Shown piece after piece: positions 1-12,445 of a stretch of DNA of 64,000 bases (within the stretch, counting starts at the first letter, position 1; each line of letters starts with the position of its first letter). Source of the DNA: Pseudomonadota bacterium (GTDB taxonomy: Bacteria > Pseudomonadota > Alphaproteobacteria > Caulobacterales > Parvularculaceae); the NCBI GenBank assembly GCA_038531315.1, contig JBCBBT010000001.1, positions 30,469 to 94,468 on the forward strand, given 5' to 3'. Under the pieces are notes generated by a model. It was given only the letters and a program-made list of their open reading frames with translations, made no database searches and had not been told where the DNA came from. The translations under genes and the position numbers were made by a program.

Positions 1-1
1 G

Positions 2-616
2 CTGATGACGCTGCATGCGGCGAAGGGCCTTGAGTTTCCCGTCGTCTTTCTCGCCGGATGGGAAGAAGGCATCTTCCCCTCGCAGCGCGCGCTCGATGAA
101 AAAGGAACCGTCGCCCTGGAGGAGGAGCGCCGGCTCGCCTATGTCGGCGTCACGCGCGCCCAGGAAAGTTGCCGGATTTCCTTCGCCGCCAACCGCCAGG
201 TTTATGGCCGCTGGCAGAACGCGATCCCCTCGCGCTTCATCGACGAGTTGCCGGAAGCCCATGTCGAGGTCGTCTCCGAGCCCGGGCTCTACGGGAACAC
301 GGCATCCTCGCTCGCCGCGCATTCGCAATTCACCGCCGACCGCCTGAAAGACGATACCTATTATGACAATCCGGCCTGGCGGCGCGCGCGCGCGGCGGCG
401 ACAAGACCGGCGACCGAGGCGCCGATGATCGACGGGCGCGCCCATACGGTGTCGGTGAACGCGCCGGGTAAGTCGAAATTCGCCATCGGCGCGCGCGTGT
501 TTCATCAAAAGTTTGGCTACGGAAAAGTCACCGCCTCGGAAGGCCAGAAGCTGACCGTCGACTTCGACCATTCAGGACCGAAAAAAGTCATCGATTCCTT
601 TCTCGAAGCCGCCTAG
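2..616 (+). CDS. uvrD: UvrD/Rep/PcrA-family DNA helicase II, C-terminal ~200 aa (5' end outside window)
   Basis: The ORF is open to the window edge. It carries a helicase motif VI-like region ([15 protein letters not shown] ... YVGVTRA) and a C-terminal KFGYGKV tail typical of UvrD. Confidence 0.85.
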   Translation: MMTLHAAKGLEFPVVFLAGWEEGIFPSQRALDEKGTVALEEERRLAYVGVTRAQESCRISFAANRQVYGRWQNAIPSRFIDELPEAHVEVVSEPGLYGNTASSLAAHSQFTADRLKDDTYYDNPAWRRARAAATRPATEAPMIDGRAHTVSVNAPGKSKFAIGARVFHQKFGYGKVTASEGQKLTVDFDHSGPKKVIDSFLEAA

Positions 617-641
617 CGTCGCAATCGTTCAGGGCACGAGC

Positions 642-1550
642 ATGTCATCCCACACATCCTTCAAAGCGGTCTGGCGCGGGCCCCGCGCGGCGATGGAAAT
701 CGCCGAGACCTGGTTTTCAGAAATCTGCGACCCGCCGGCGGACGCCGTCTGGCTGACCAACAGGCGGCCGGTCGAGGCGGAGAGCGACGATTGGGCGGTC
801 GAAGTTTATTTCGCAGAAAAGCCCGACCTGTCGGCGCTCGCGCACGCGATCGCAGACTATGATCCGCGCTGGCGCGGCATTGCGCCCGGCGCGATCGAGA
901 CCGTGCCGGATAAAGACTGGGTCGCGCACGCCCTTGAGGGGCTCGGCGTCGTCGAAGCGGGGCGCTTTGTTCTTTACGGCGTTCACGATGCGGACAAAGT
1001 CGCCGATCAGAACGGCGACAAAATTACAATCCGGATCGACGCCAATCAGGCCTTCGGCACCGGCCACCACCCCACCACGGCCGGCTGTCTGATGTTGCTC
1101 GACCGGCTGGCGGGCGTCGCGCCAAAGAAGGTCCTCGATCTTGGATGCGGCTCGGCTGTGCTTGCAATCGCTGCGGCGAAACTCTGGCGCCGCGCCGCGC
1201 TCGCCACCGATATCGATGCGGCCTCGGTTGAGATCGCCCGCGAAAACGTTCTGCTGAACGACGCGGACGGTTACGTCACCGTCGAAGAGGCCGACGGGTT
1301 CGACCATCCGCTGACCGCCGACGCGGCGCCGTTTGATTTCGTCTTCGCCAATATCCTGGCCGGCCCGCTGAAAGAATTCGCCCCGGCGATGGCCGCCCAC
1401 ACCGCAAAGAACGGCCGCGTCATGCTCGCCGGCCTGATGCGCGAACAAGAGGCCGGCGTACTGGAAGCCTATGAAGCGCAGGGTTTCCGGCTTCTCAACC
1501 GGATCGACCATGAAACCTGGCCTGTCCTCCTGCTTGTCTGGCGCGGTTAA
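642..1550 (+). CDS. prmA: Ribosomal protein L11 methyltransferase
   Basis: 302 aa with the GTGHHPTT motif and the SAM-binding VLDLGCGSAVLAI. Confidence 0.9.
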   Translation: MSSHTSFKAVWRGPRAAMEIAETWFSEICDPPADAVWLTNRRPVEAESDDWAVEVYFAEKPDLSALAHAIADYDPRWRGIAPGAIETVPDKDWVAHALEGLGVVEAGRFVLYGVHDADKVADQNGDKITIRIDANQAFGTGHHPTTAGCLMLLDRLAGVAPKKVLDLGCGSAVLAIAAAKLWRRAALATDIDAASVEIARENVLLNDADGYVTVEEADGFDHPLTADAAPFDFVFANILAGPLKEFAPAMAAHTAKNGRVMLAGLMREQEAGVLEAYEAQGFRLLNRIDHETWPVLLLVWRG

Positions 1551-1619
1551 GCCAGCGCCGTCTTGATGGCGGGCCCGCGAGGCGCGATAGTAAAAGCCCC
1601 ATGCTCGAAAGGCCGTTCG

Positions 1620-3440
1620 ATGTTTCAGACTTATGAACCCGTTTCCGATCGCAGTTTTGCGGCGAAAAACCTGCCGCGCCTGCGCGCCGCCCTCGCTGAG
1701 CGCGCTCTCGACGGGTTTATTGTTCCGCATGACGATGAATATCAGAATGAATATATCCCCGATTACGCCGAACGCCTGATGTGGGTGTCAGGGTTTTCCG
1801 GATCCGCGGGCTCGGCCATTATCATGTCCGACAGCGCCGTTATTTTTGTAGACGGGCGCTATACGTTGCAGGTCCGCCAGCAGGTCGATGAGAAATTCTT
1901 TACCTTCGAAGACGTCGCCGAGGTGACGCCGGACAAATGGCTCGCCGACCATGCGCCGGAAAAAGCCCGTATCGGTTATGACCCGATGCTGCATACGAGC
2001 GCGGGCGTCGAAAAACTGAAAGCCGCCGCGGCAAAGAAAGGCTTTACGCTCGTCGCCATTGACGACAATCCGGTTGATGCGGCGTGGACGGACCAACCGG
2101 CAAAACCCTCAGCGCCGGTCAGCGCCCATGCGCTTACATTCGCCGGGCGCGACTCTGAGGAAAAGCGCCGAGAGATTGGCGAGGCCCTGAAAGAAGCGGG
2201 CGCCGACGCCGTCATTCTCACCGCGCCGCCGTCAATCGCCTGGACCTTCAATATTCGCGGCGGCGACGTTGCGCGCAGCCCCCTGCCGCTTGGGCGCGCC
2301 ATCGTCCGTCAGGACGGGTCGGCGGCATTGTTTCTGGCGCCGGAGAAAACCGATAACGCCTTGCCGGCGTTTCTCGGCGACACGGTCGATCTGAAACCGG
2401 AAGCCGGCGTCGGCGATGCGCTCGCAAAACTCGGCGCGGCGGGCGCCAGGGTGGCGCTCGATCCGGCGCTGGCGCCCTCCAAATATCGCGACATCCTCGC
2501 CGATGCGGGGGCGGAAATCGTGACCATGGACGACCCCGCCGCGTTGCCGCGCGCCTGCAAAAATTCCGTCGAACAGGACGGCGCCCGCGCGGCCCATGTC
2601 CGCGACGGGGCCTCGGTGACGCAGTTTCTCCACTGGATCGCGACCAACGCACAGTCCGGAAATGTCGATGAAATCACGGCGGCCAAAAAGCTTGAAGAAT
2701 TCCGCCGCCAGTCGGAAGACCTCGCCGATATTTCGTTCGACACGATTTCCGGCGCAGGCTCCAACGGCGCCATCTGCCACTATCGCGTCTCCACCGAAAC
2801 CGCGCTGAAACTCGCGCCCGGCACGCTCTATCTTGTTGACTCCGGCGGTCAGTACCCTGACGGCACAACCGATATCACGCGCACCATGGCGATCGGCAAA
2901 CCGAGCGATGAGATGCGCGACCGCTTCACCCGCGTCCTGAAGGGCCATATCGCGCTCGCGACCATGCGGTTTCCGGCGGGCACCACGGGCACACAGCTCG
3001 ACGCATTCGCGCGCAAACCGCTCTGGGATGTCGGGCTCGATTATGATCACGGCACGGGCCACGGGGTCGGCAGTTTTCTGGGCGTTCATGAAGGCCCGCA
3101 ACGCATCGCCAAAGCGCCCAACGCCCAGGCGCTGAAGCCCGGTATGATCCTTTCGAATGAACCGGGCTTTTACAAGGAAGGCGAATTCGGCATACGGATT
3201 GAAAATCTGGTGATCGTCACCGAGCCGCAACCGCTGCAAGGAGGCGAGCGGCCGATGATGGGGTTTGAAACGATCACGCTCGCGCCGATCAGCCTCGATC
3301 TTGTGATGGCCGCGCTTCTGAGCGAAGCGGAAAAACACTGGCTCAACAAATACCACGCACGGGTGCGCCAGACGCTGACGCCTCTCCTGCCGGAGCCGGT
3401 CGCGGCATGGCTCGCCCACGAAACCCGCTCGATTTCTTGA
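1620..3440 (+). CDS. pepP: Xaa-Pro aminopeptidase (M24B family, aminopeptidase P)
   Basis: M24 metal-ligand motifs HGTGHGVGSFLGVHEGP, SNEPGFY and IRIEN, with a long N-terminal creatinase/prolidase-like region. Start placed at ATG 1620 (MFQTYEP); the track ORF opens at 1563. Confidence 0.88.
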   Translation: MFQTYEPVSDRSFAAKNLPRLRAALAERALDGFIVPHDDEYQNEYIPDYAERLMWVSGFSGSAGSAIIMSDSAVIFVDGRYTLQVRQQVDEKFFTFEDVAEVTPDKWLADHAPEKARIGYDPMLHTSAGVEKLKAAAAKKGFTLVAIDDNPVDAAWTDQPAKPSAPVSAHALTFAGRDSEEKRREIGEALKEAGADAVILTAPPSIAWTFNIRGGDVARSPLPLGRAIVRQDGSAALFLAPEKTDNALPAFLGDTVDLKPEAGVGDALAKLGAAGARVALDPALAPSKYRDILADAGAEIVTMDDPAALPRACKNSVEQDGARAAHVRDGASVTQFLHWIATNAQSGNVDEITAAKKLEEFRRQSEDLADISFDTISGAGSNGAICHYRVSTETALKLAPGTLYLVDSGGQYPDGTTDITRTMAIGKPSDEMRDRFTRVLKGHIALATMRFPAGTTGTQLDAFARKPLWDVGLDYDHGTGHGVGSFLGVHEGPQRIAKAPNAQALKPGMILSNEPGFYKEGEFGIRIENLVIVTEPQPLQGGERPMMGFETITLAPISLDLVMAALLSEAEKHWLNKYHARVRQTLTPLLPEPVAAWLAHETRSIS

Positions 3441-3766
3441 AAATACTTTTGCAGCGCCCGCAAAATAGGCGCTGCGGCGCACAGCGCAGCATAACCTAAC
3501 CGCCTCAAATCAAAGAGATTTCGGGCCCTCACTATACAAACTGTAGGAAACTTATCCCCGCCCCCCTTCGCCGGTCTTAGACTTGCCGCTGTCCGATTGT
3601 GAGGCCAGCCCATGGCGACGTAGCGTATTGGGTAGTCCCCCTCGCGAAAGGATGGCTGGGCGCTTTTGGCGGCGACGCTGATGGCGCTGGTCGTTTGACA
3701 TCGTGAATAGGGGTTTCCGCGTCGGTCCGCCGATCTGCTCGTCAGTCTGTCCGGGAACAGAACATT

Positions 3767-3788
3767 AAAACCGCCAATCGTCGGCGGG
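3767..3788 (-). terminator. Candidate intrinsic terminator downstream of ligA
   Basis: The minus strand reads CCGCC-GACGATT-GGCGG followed by TTTTAATG, about 70 nt after the ligA stop. The stem is short (5 bp). Confidence 0.35.
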
Positions 3789-3859
3789 CGCGCCGCTGCG
3801 CCAATGGGCGCGCCGCGTCCGCCGCGATCGGGGGGCGAGCCCGCGTGCGCGCTCCTGGG

Positions 3860-7784
<3,925 letters not shown>

Positions 7785-7989
7785 GACGGCCGGTTCTGCG
7801 CAGGAACAGCGCTTGCCCAACCAAGCGCGCCCGCCGACGCTAGCCGGTTTCGCCGATCCGGAAAAGGCGCATGCTGTCGGCGCCGATCAAAACGGCGCGG
7901 CGGCCCCGCCTCAAAACATAAAACCGCACCAAAACAAAACGCGCGCTCACAGACCGCGGCAAAACTGGCGCAGATGACCTGTTGAGAGC

Positions 7990-8973
7990 CTAAAGGGAGG
8001 CTTTCTTCTCGCGCTTGCGGCGTTCCTTGGCGGCGGCTTTTTCCGCCTCGACGCGCTCGGCGGCCTCGCGCTCGGCTTCGGCTTTCGCTTCCGCTTCAGC
8101 GCTTTCGCGCTCGCGATCAGCCTCTGTCGCGGACTTGCCGTCGACGAGAATGCGCTGGCCGGCGTCGATCGCGGCCCATTTGTCAACCAGACCATTCCGG
8201 CGCAGCAATTTGTATGTGTCTTCATACCATGGCGAGCCGGGATAGTTGTGCGCCAGCACCGCTGCGGCGGCGCGCGCTTCGGTCTCAATGCCAATCTCTA
8301 GATAGGCTTCGACAAGCCGGTGCAGCGCCTCGGCGACATGGGTCGTCGTCTGGTAGTTGTTGATCACGAATTTGAAGCGATTGATCGCCGCGATGTGTTT
8401 GTTCTGCTTCAGATAGAACAGCCCGACATACATCTCCTTGCCGGCGAGATGGTCCGATGTCAGATCAAGCTTCAGCCGCGCATCGCGCGCATATTCCGTC
8501 CCCGGATAGCGGCGCACGACATCGTTCAAGGAGGCGACGGCGTTATCGGTGAACCCCTGGTCGCGCCCGACGTCGCGGATGCGCTCGTAAAAGCTCATCG
8601 CTTTCAGATAATACGCGTACGGCACATCTTTGTTGCCGGGATGGAGGGCGATGAACTGGTCAAGCGCCGTAATCGCCTCTTCATAGTCGTTCGCCTGATA
8701 CCGCGAAAACGCCTTCATCAACTGCGCGCGGCGCGCCCAGTCCGAATAAGGATGCTGGCGTTCAACTTCTTCAAAGAAGGCGACCGCTTCGTCATAGCGC
8801 TTTTGCTCAAGCCGTTTGGTCGCTTCGCCGTAGAGCGTTTCCACCGGCCGCTCGACATAATCGAATTTCTTCTTCTGTCCGGTTGAAGAACAGCCGGCGG
8901 CGACGAGCGCCGCAGCGACAAGGGCGATTTTCCCGAGACCCGATCGCGAGAAACCTACGCGTGAAATTGCCAT
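7990..8973 (-). CDS. bamD: Outer membrane protein assembly factor BamD (TPR lipoprotein) with an Ala/Glu/Lys-rich C-terminal tail
   Basis: Lipobox LVAAGCSS after MAISRVGFSR..., TPR-like repeats (YPYSDWARRAQL, YPGTEYARDA, YPGSPWYED), and conserved position next to lpxC. The tail reads ERESAEAEAKAEAEREAAERVEAEKAAAKERRKREKK. Confidence 0.85.
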   Translation of the reverse strand: MAISRVGFSRSGLGKIALVAAALVAAGCSSTGQKKKFDYVERPVETLYGEATKRLEQKRYDEAVAFFEEVERQHPYSDWARRAQLMKAFSRYQANDYEEAITALDQFIALHPGNKDVPYAYYLKAMSFYERIRDVGRDQGFTDNAVASLNDVVRRYPGTEYARDARLKLDLTSDHLAGKEMYVGLFYLKQNKHIAAINRFKFVINNYQTTTHVAEALHRLVEAYLEIGIETEARAAAAVLAHNYPGSPWYEDTYKLLRRNGLVDKWAAIDAGQRILVDGKSATEADRERESAEAEAKAEAEREAAERVEAEKAAAKERRKREKKASL

Positions 8974-9102
8974 AAACGAAAAACTCTCAAAGTGGCGACC
9001 ATCGCAAAGCCAGCCAGCGCCGGCGCGCTTCATCGTAAGGCCCCTTCGCTGTGATAATGTAAAGGCCTCGCCGAACCCGGTCAAATCTTAACACGCCGCG
9101 CT

Positions 9103-9150
9103 GCGCCCCGAAGCGCCCTGAGCGCCCTGAAGCACCCTGAAGCACCCTGG
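9103..9150. repeat. Five tandem copies of a degenerate 9-10 bp unit (GCRCCCTGAA) upstream of bamD
   Basis: The plus strand reads GCGCCCCGAA GCGCCCTGA GCGCCCTGAA GCACCCTGAA GCACCCTGG. It is intergenic between lpxC and bamD. Confidence 0.8.
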
Positions 9151-9391
9151 CTCACGTTGGCCGAAACACCGCGGGCGCGGTTAAGGATAACCGCCGAATT
9201 TGGCGATTTTTTGGAGCGCCCCGCCCCCAATGCCGCCGGCGCAACTTATCGGGCAAAATTTTCGGGCAAAAGGGTTTGGGAATGGCGTCGGACAGAAGCC
9301 TCTGACCGGGCTTGCCACGCACACGTGGGCGCCCCCGCCACGGCCGTCATTTACAGAACCACGTCTTAAGCAGACAAAATTCAGATCGACT

Positions 9392-9411
9392 AAATTGAGA
9401 CCGTCTCAATT
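9392..9411 (-). terminator. Palindrome/hairpin at the lpxC stop codon
   Basis: AATTGAGAC-C-GTCTCAATT overlaps the lpxC stop. On the minus strand it is followed by TTTAGTCGATCTGAATTTTG. Confidence 0.35.
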
Positions 9412-10412
9412 CAGGCGGAAAGCCGCGCAGCGACCGCGGTCGCCGCAGGGCTTTTCGGTTGCGTCGCGGCGTTGGCGATCGCCGCCGCAAGGCGCGTGTT
9501 GAGGTCATGGCCGGGCTTCTCGGCGATGATGCGCGCGCCCAACGGCGCCCCGATCAGCGCCAGATCCCCCAGAAGATCAAGCGCCTTGTGCAAGACAAAC
9601 TCCTGCGGATCGCGCAGGCCTTGCGGGTTCTTCACTTCGCCGCCGTCGACGACGACAGCGTTTTCGAGCGAGCCGCCCTGACAAAGCCCCGCCGCCTTCA
9701 ACGCGTCCACCTCGCTCAATCGACAGAACGTGCGCGCGCCCGCGATGCGGCCGCGCAGCGCCTCGATATCGGTGAAATCAAGATCGACCGACTGACGGCC
9801 GATGCAGGCCTCATCGGCGAAGTCGATTGCGACCTGCATGGAAAAGCGTTGCGCGGGCTCGGCGCGGACAACCCTGTCGCCGTCGCGCACCTCAACAGGC
9901 TCGCGCAGTAAAAGCCGACGACGCGGCGCGCCCTGGCTGGCGACACCTGCTTCCATGAACGCGGAAACGAACGGCGCCGCGCTTCCGTCCATGATCGGCA
10001 GCTCAGCCGCATTCAGTTCCGCAACCACATTATCGACGCCGCAAATCGCGAGCGCCGCCATTAAATGCTCAACGGTGGAAACAATGACGCCGTCCGCGTT
10101 GGACAGGGTTGTGCCGAGCCGCGTCGTCGTCACCGCATGCGGCGATGCTTTGATGACATTTGCCCGGGAGGTCGACCGCGCGGCGCCGGACACATTGCTT
10201 CCGGACCCACTGCTTCGGGACCCAATGCTGCCAGGCCCAGTACAGCCGGACCCAGTGCGCAAGAGCGCGTCGGTTCTGATGAATACAATGCCGGTGTTTT
10301 CAGACGCCGGTTTGAGCGTGAGCCGCACGGCCTTGCCGGAGTGAACGCCGACGCCGTCAAAGACGACCGGAGCCGTCAGCGTCGCCTGTCCGCCTCCATC
10401 AATGAATGGCAT
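9411..10412 (-). CDS. lpxC: UDP-3-O-acyl-N-acetylglucosamine deacetylase, carrying a Gly/Ser-rich insertion
   Basis: Motifs TVEHLMAAL, ELPIMDGSAAPF and HKALDLLGDL. The segment between the RTD and TVEHL motifs is about 30 aa longer than I recall for E. coli LpxC. Confidence 0.92.
   Translation of the reverse strand: MPFIDGGGQATLTAPVVFDGVGVHSGKAVRLTLKPASENTGIVFIRTDALLRTGSGCTGPGSIGSRSSGSGSNVSGAARSTSRANVIKASPHAVTTTRLGTTLSNADGVIVSTVEHLMAALAICGVDNVVAELNAAELPIMDGSAAPFVSAFMEAGVASQGAPRRRLLLREPVEVRDGDRVVRAEPAQRFSMQVAIDFADEACIGRQSVDLDFTDIEALRGRIAGARTFCRLSEVDALKAAGLCQGGSLENAVVVDGGEVKNPQGLRDPQEFVLHKALDLLGDLALIGAPLGARIIAEKPGHDLNTRLAAAIANAATQPKSPAATAVAARLSA
10182..10256 (-). repeat. In-frame tandem repeat, 5 x 15 bp, inside lpxC
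   Basis: The minus strand reads ACTGGGTCCGGCTGT ACTGGGCCTGGCAGC ATTGGGTCCCGAAGC AGTGGGTCCGGAAGC AATGTGTCCGGCGCC, which encodes TGSGC TGPGS IGSRS SGSGS NVSGA. Confidence 0.85.
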
Positions 10413-10571
10413 TCAAAACCCTTCTCCGCGCGCGGCCCCTCACGCCCGTTCAAACTCTACTACGTGAGGTCGATTCCGCCACGCAAATAACGGATTATTT
10501 CGGTTTATTCAGGACGCGCAGGAACGCGTCCACCGGCGTGCGAGAGGTAACCGGAAAAGCCTATGGAAATG

Positions 10572-10606
10572 ACAACAGCCGCCCTTTTTACGGGAGCGGC
10601 TGTTGT
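10572..10606 (-). terminator. Hairpin downstream of ftsZ (candidate terminator)
   Basis: 11-bp perfect stem ACAACAGCCGC / GCGGCTGTTGT with a 13-nt loop, about 50 nt after the ftsZ stop. On the minus strand it is followed by CATTTCCATAGGCTTTTCC. Confidence 0.5.
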
Positions 10607-10642
10607 GATTTGCACGCCGGACGAGGCTTGCCGCCCGGCCAT

Positions 10643-10658
10643 TTAACCAATTTTTAAC
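10643..10658 (+). promoter_or_regulatory. Perfect CtrA box TTAA-N7-TTAAC at the ftsZ 3' end, upstream of lpxC
   Basis: TTAACCAATTTTTAAC. It overlaps the ftsZ stop codon (10654-10656) and lies about 230 bp upstream of the lpxC start. Confidence 0.55.
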
Positions 10659-12339
10659 CGGCTTTTTTCTTCCGCAGGAAAGACGGGATTTCGAGTTCGG
10701 CCTCATCGTCCTCGTCAAAGAGATCGCCGCGCATCATCGAGCTTGGCTTGGCGCTCTCCGGCGGGCGCGCCGGCGGCGTCTCGCGCTTCGGCGGCGCGCC
10801 AATCGATTTCAACATGTCGACGGCGACTTCAATCGAATGTTTGCCCAGCGACTGCGCCTCGCGGAAGGGATTGCGCGCCGCTTTGCCGGCGTCCGCCGGT
10901 TGCGGACGCGCCGCGGGCCGGCGCACCGGCGATTTCGCCGCCGGCGCCGGGCTCGTCTGGCCGAGGGTCGATGGCGGCATTGATTGCGCGTTCGTCTCGG
11001 TGAGCATCTTCTTGATCCGCTCGTGGACATCGCCGACCGGGTTGGCGCCGTCGATTGCGGAGGCCGGCGCGGAAACGGGCGCCGTTGCGCCGCGCACCGG
11101 CGGTTGCTGTGGCGGTTGGTTCGGTGCGGCGGGGCGGCTGCGGCCCGGCGCTTTCGCGGCGAGGTTTGAGGCGTCGGCGGCGCGTTTTACGGAAACCGTT
11201 TGTACAGGAACGGATTGCGCTGCGGCGTGCTGCGCGCCGGCGTCTTGCGCGAGGACCGGTTGCGGCGCCGGATCAGCGGCGGCTTGCGGCGGCGCATCAG
11301 CAGAAACCGGATCGCGCCATGGCCGCGCGGCGGGGGCCTGCGTCTTGACTTCCGGCGGGCGGTTCTCGCGCACCGCTGTGTCGATCCCGGTCGCGACCAC
11401 GGAAACCCGGACCTTGCCTTCAAGGTCCTGATTGAACGTCGATCCGACAATAATATTCGCATCGGGATCAACTTCGGCGCGGATACGGTTCGCCGCCTCG
11501 TCAACCTCAAAGAGCGTCATATCCATGGAACCGGTGATGTTGATGAGAACGCCGCGCGCGCCCTTCATCGAGACCTCGTCGAGCAGCGGATTGGAGATCG
11601 CCGCTTCGGCCGCCTGTATGGCGCGCTTGTCGCCTTCGGCCTCGCCGGTGCCCATCATGGCCTTGCCCATCTCGCTCATCACGGTGCGGACATCGTTGAA
11701 GTCAAGATTGATCAGTCCCGGCATCACCATGAGATCGGTGATCCCGCGCACGCCCGAATGCAGCACCTGATCGGCGAGCGCGAAGGCTTCGTGGAAGGTC
11801 GTGCGTTCATTGGCGATCGAGAAAAGGTTCTGGTTCGGAATAATCAGAAGCGTGTCGACATGTTCCTGCAGCGCTTCGATGCCGGCGGAGGCGATCTTCA
11901 TGCGGCGCGCGCCTTCGAAGTGGAACGGCTTGGTGACAACGCCGACGGTCAGGATATCGCGCTCCTTGGCGGCTTTGGCGATGACGGGCGCCGCGCCGGT
12001 GCCGGTGCCGCCGCCCATGCCGGCGGTGACAAACAGCATGTGGGCGTTGCCGACATGTTCGAGCAGTTCATCGAGCGACTCTTCGGCGGCGGCGCGCCCA
12101 ACGTCAGGCAGCGAGCCGGCGCCGAGCCCTTGCGTCGTTGAGACGCCGAGCTGAATGCGCTTTTCGGCCTTGGAAAGACCGAGCGCTTGCGCATCGGTGT
12201 TGGCGACCAGAAATTCAACGCCCTCGAGCGCGCTGTCGATCATGTTGTTGACCGCATTGCCCCCCGCGCCGCCGACGCCGATCACGGAAATCCGTGGCTT
12301 GAGTTCCGTCATTTCCGGCACGCTGAGGTTTAGAGGCAT
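10654..12339 (-). CDS. ftsZ: Cell division protein FtsZ
   Basis: Motifs [13 protein letters not shown] and the tubulin signature [13 protein letters not shown]. It has a long Pro/Ala-rich linker and the conserved C-terminal peptide [20 protein letters not shown]. Start at [10 protein letters not shown] (ATG 12339). Confidence 0.97.
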   Translation of the reverse strand: MPLNLSVPEMTELKPRISVIGVGGAGGNAVNNMIDSALEGVEFLVANTDAQALGLSKAEKRIQLGVSTTQGLGAGSLPDVGRAAAEESLDELLEHVGNAHMLFVTAGMGGGTGTGAAPVIAKAAKERDILTVGVVTKPFHFEGARRMKIASAGIEALQEHVDTLLIIPNQNLFSIANERTTFHEAFALADQVLHSGVRGITDLMVMPGLINLDFNDVRTVMSEMGKAMMGTGEAEGDKRAIQAAEAAISNPLLDEVSMKGARGVLINITGSMDMTLFEVDEAANRIRAEVDPDANIIVGSTFNQDLEGKVRVSVVATGIDTAVRENRPPEVKTQAPAARPWRDPVSADAPPQAAADPAPQPVLAQDAGAQHAAAQSVPVQTVSVKRAADASNLAAKAPGRSRPAAPNQPPQQPPVRGATAPVSAPASAIDGANPVGDVHERIKKMLTETNAQSMPPSTLGQTSPAPAAKSPVRRPAARPQPADAGKAARNPFREAQSLGKHSIEVAVDMLKSIGAPPKRETPPARPPESAKPSSMMRGDLFDEDDEAELEIPSFLRKKKAG

Positions 12340-12401
12340 GTCACTCTCCGGTTCGCCCAAATTGGTTTTAATTGTGAATTTAAAGACTTCGTTCAGACCC
12401 C

Positions 12402-12417
12402 TTAACAAATGGTTAAC
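12402..12417 (+). promoter_or_regulatory. Perfect CtrA box TTAA-N7-TTAAC in the ftsA-ftsZ intergenic region
   Basis: TTAACAAATGGTTAAC, 63-78 bp upstream of the ftsZ ATG. A nearby TTAA-N8-TTAA lies at 12368-12383. Confidence 0.65.
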
Positions 12418-12445
12418 GCGGGCCTTTTGGACGGATGAAAACGGC

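Noticed and set aside
717-1730. 337-aa ORF antisense to prmA. Similar long shadow ORFs occur elsewhere, for example 2232-3482(-), 3965-5686(+), 12155-13681(+), 15013-16080(+), 16637-18187(+), 24297-25577(+), 26729-27811(+), 47561-48145(+) and 51658-52671(-).
   Set aside because: Each lies opposite to, or out of frame with, a gene that has clear family motifs. Their translations are Arg/Ala/Gly/Pro-rich low-complexity strings typical of non-coding frames in GC-rich DNA.
10743-11431. Low-complexity Pro/Ala/Gln-rich region and overlapping alternative ORFs inside ftsZ.
   Set aside because: This is the intrinsically disordered C-terminal linker of FtsZ, which is known to be long in alphaproteobacteria. 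It is followed by the conserved C-terminal peptide, so it is not a separate feature.
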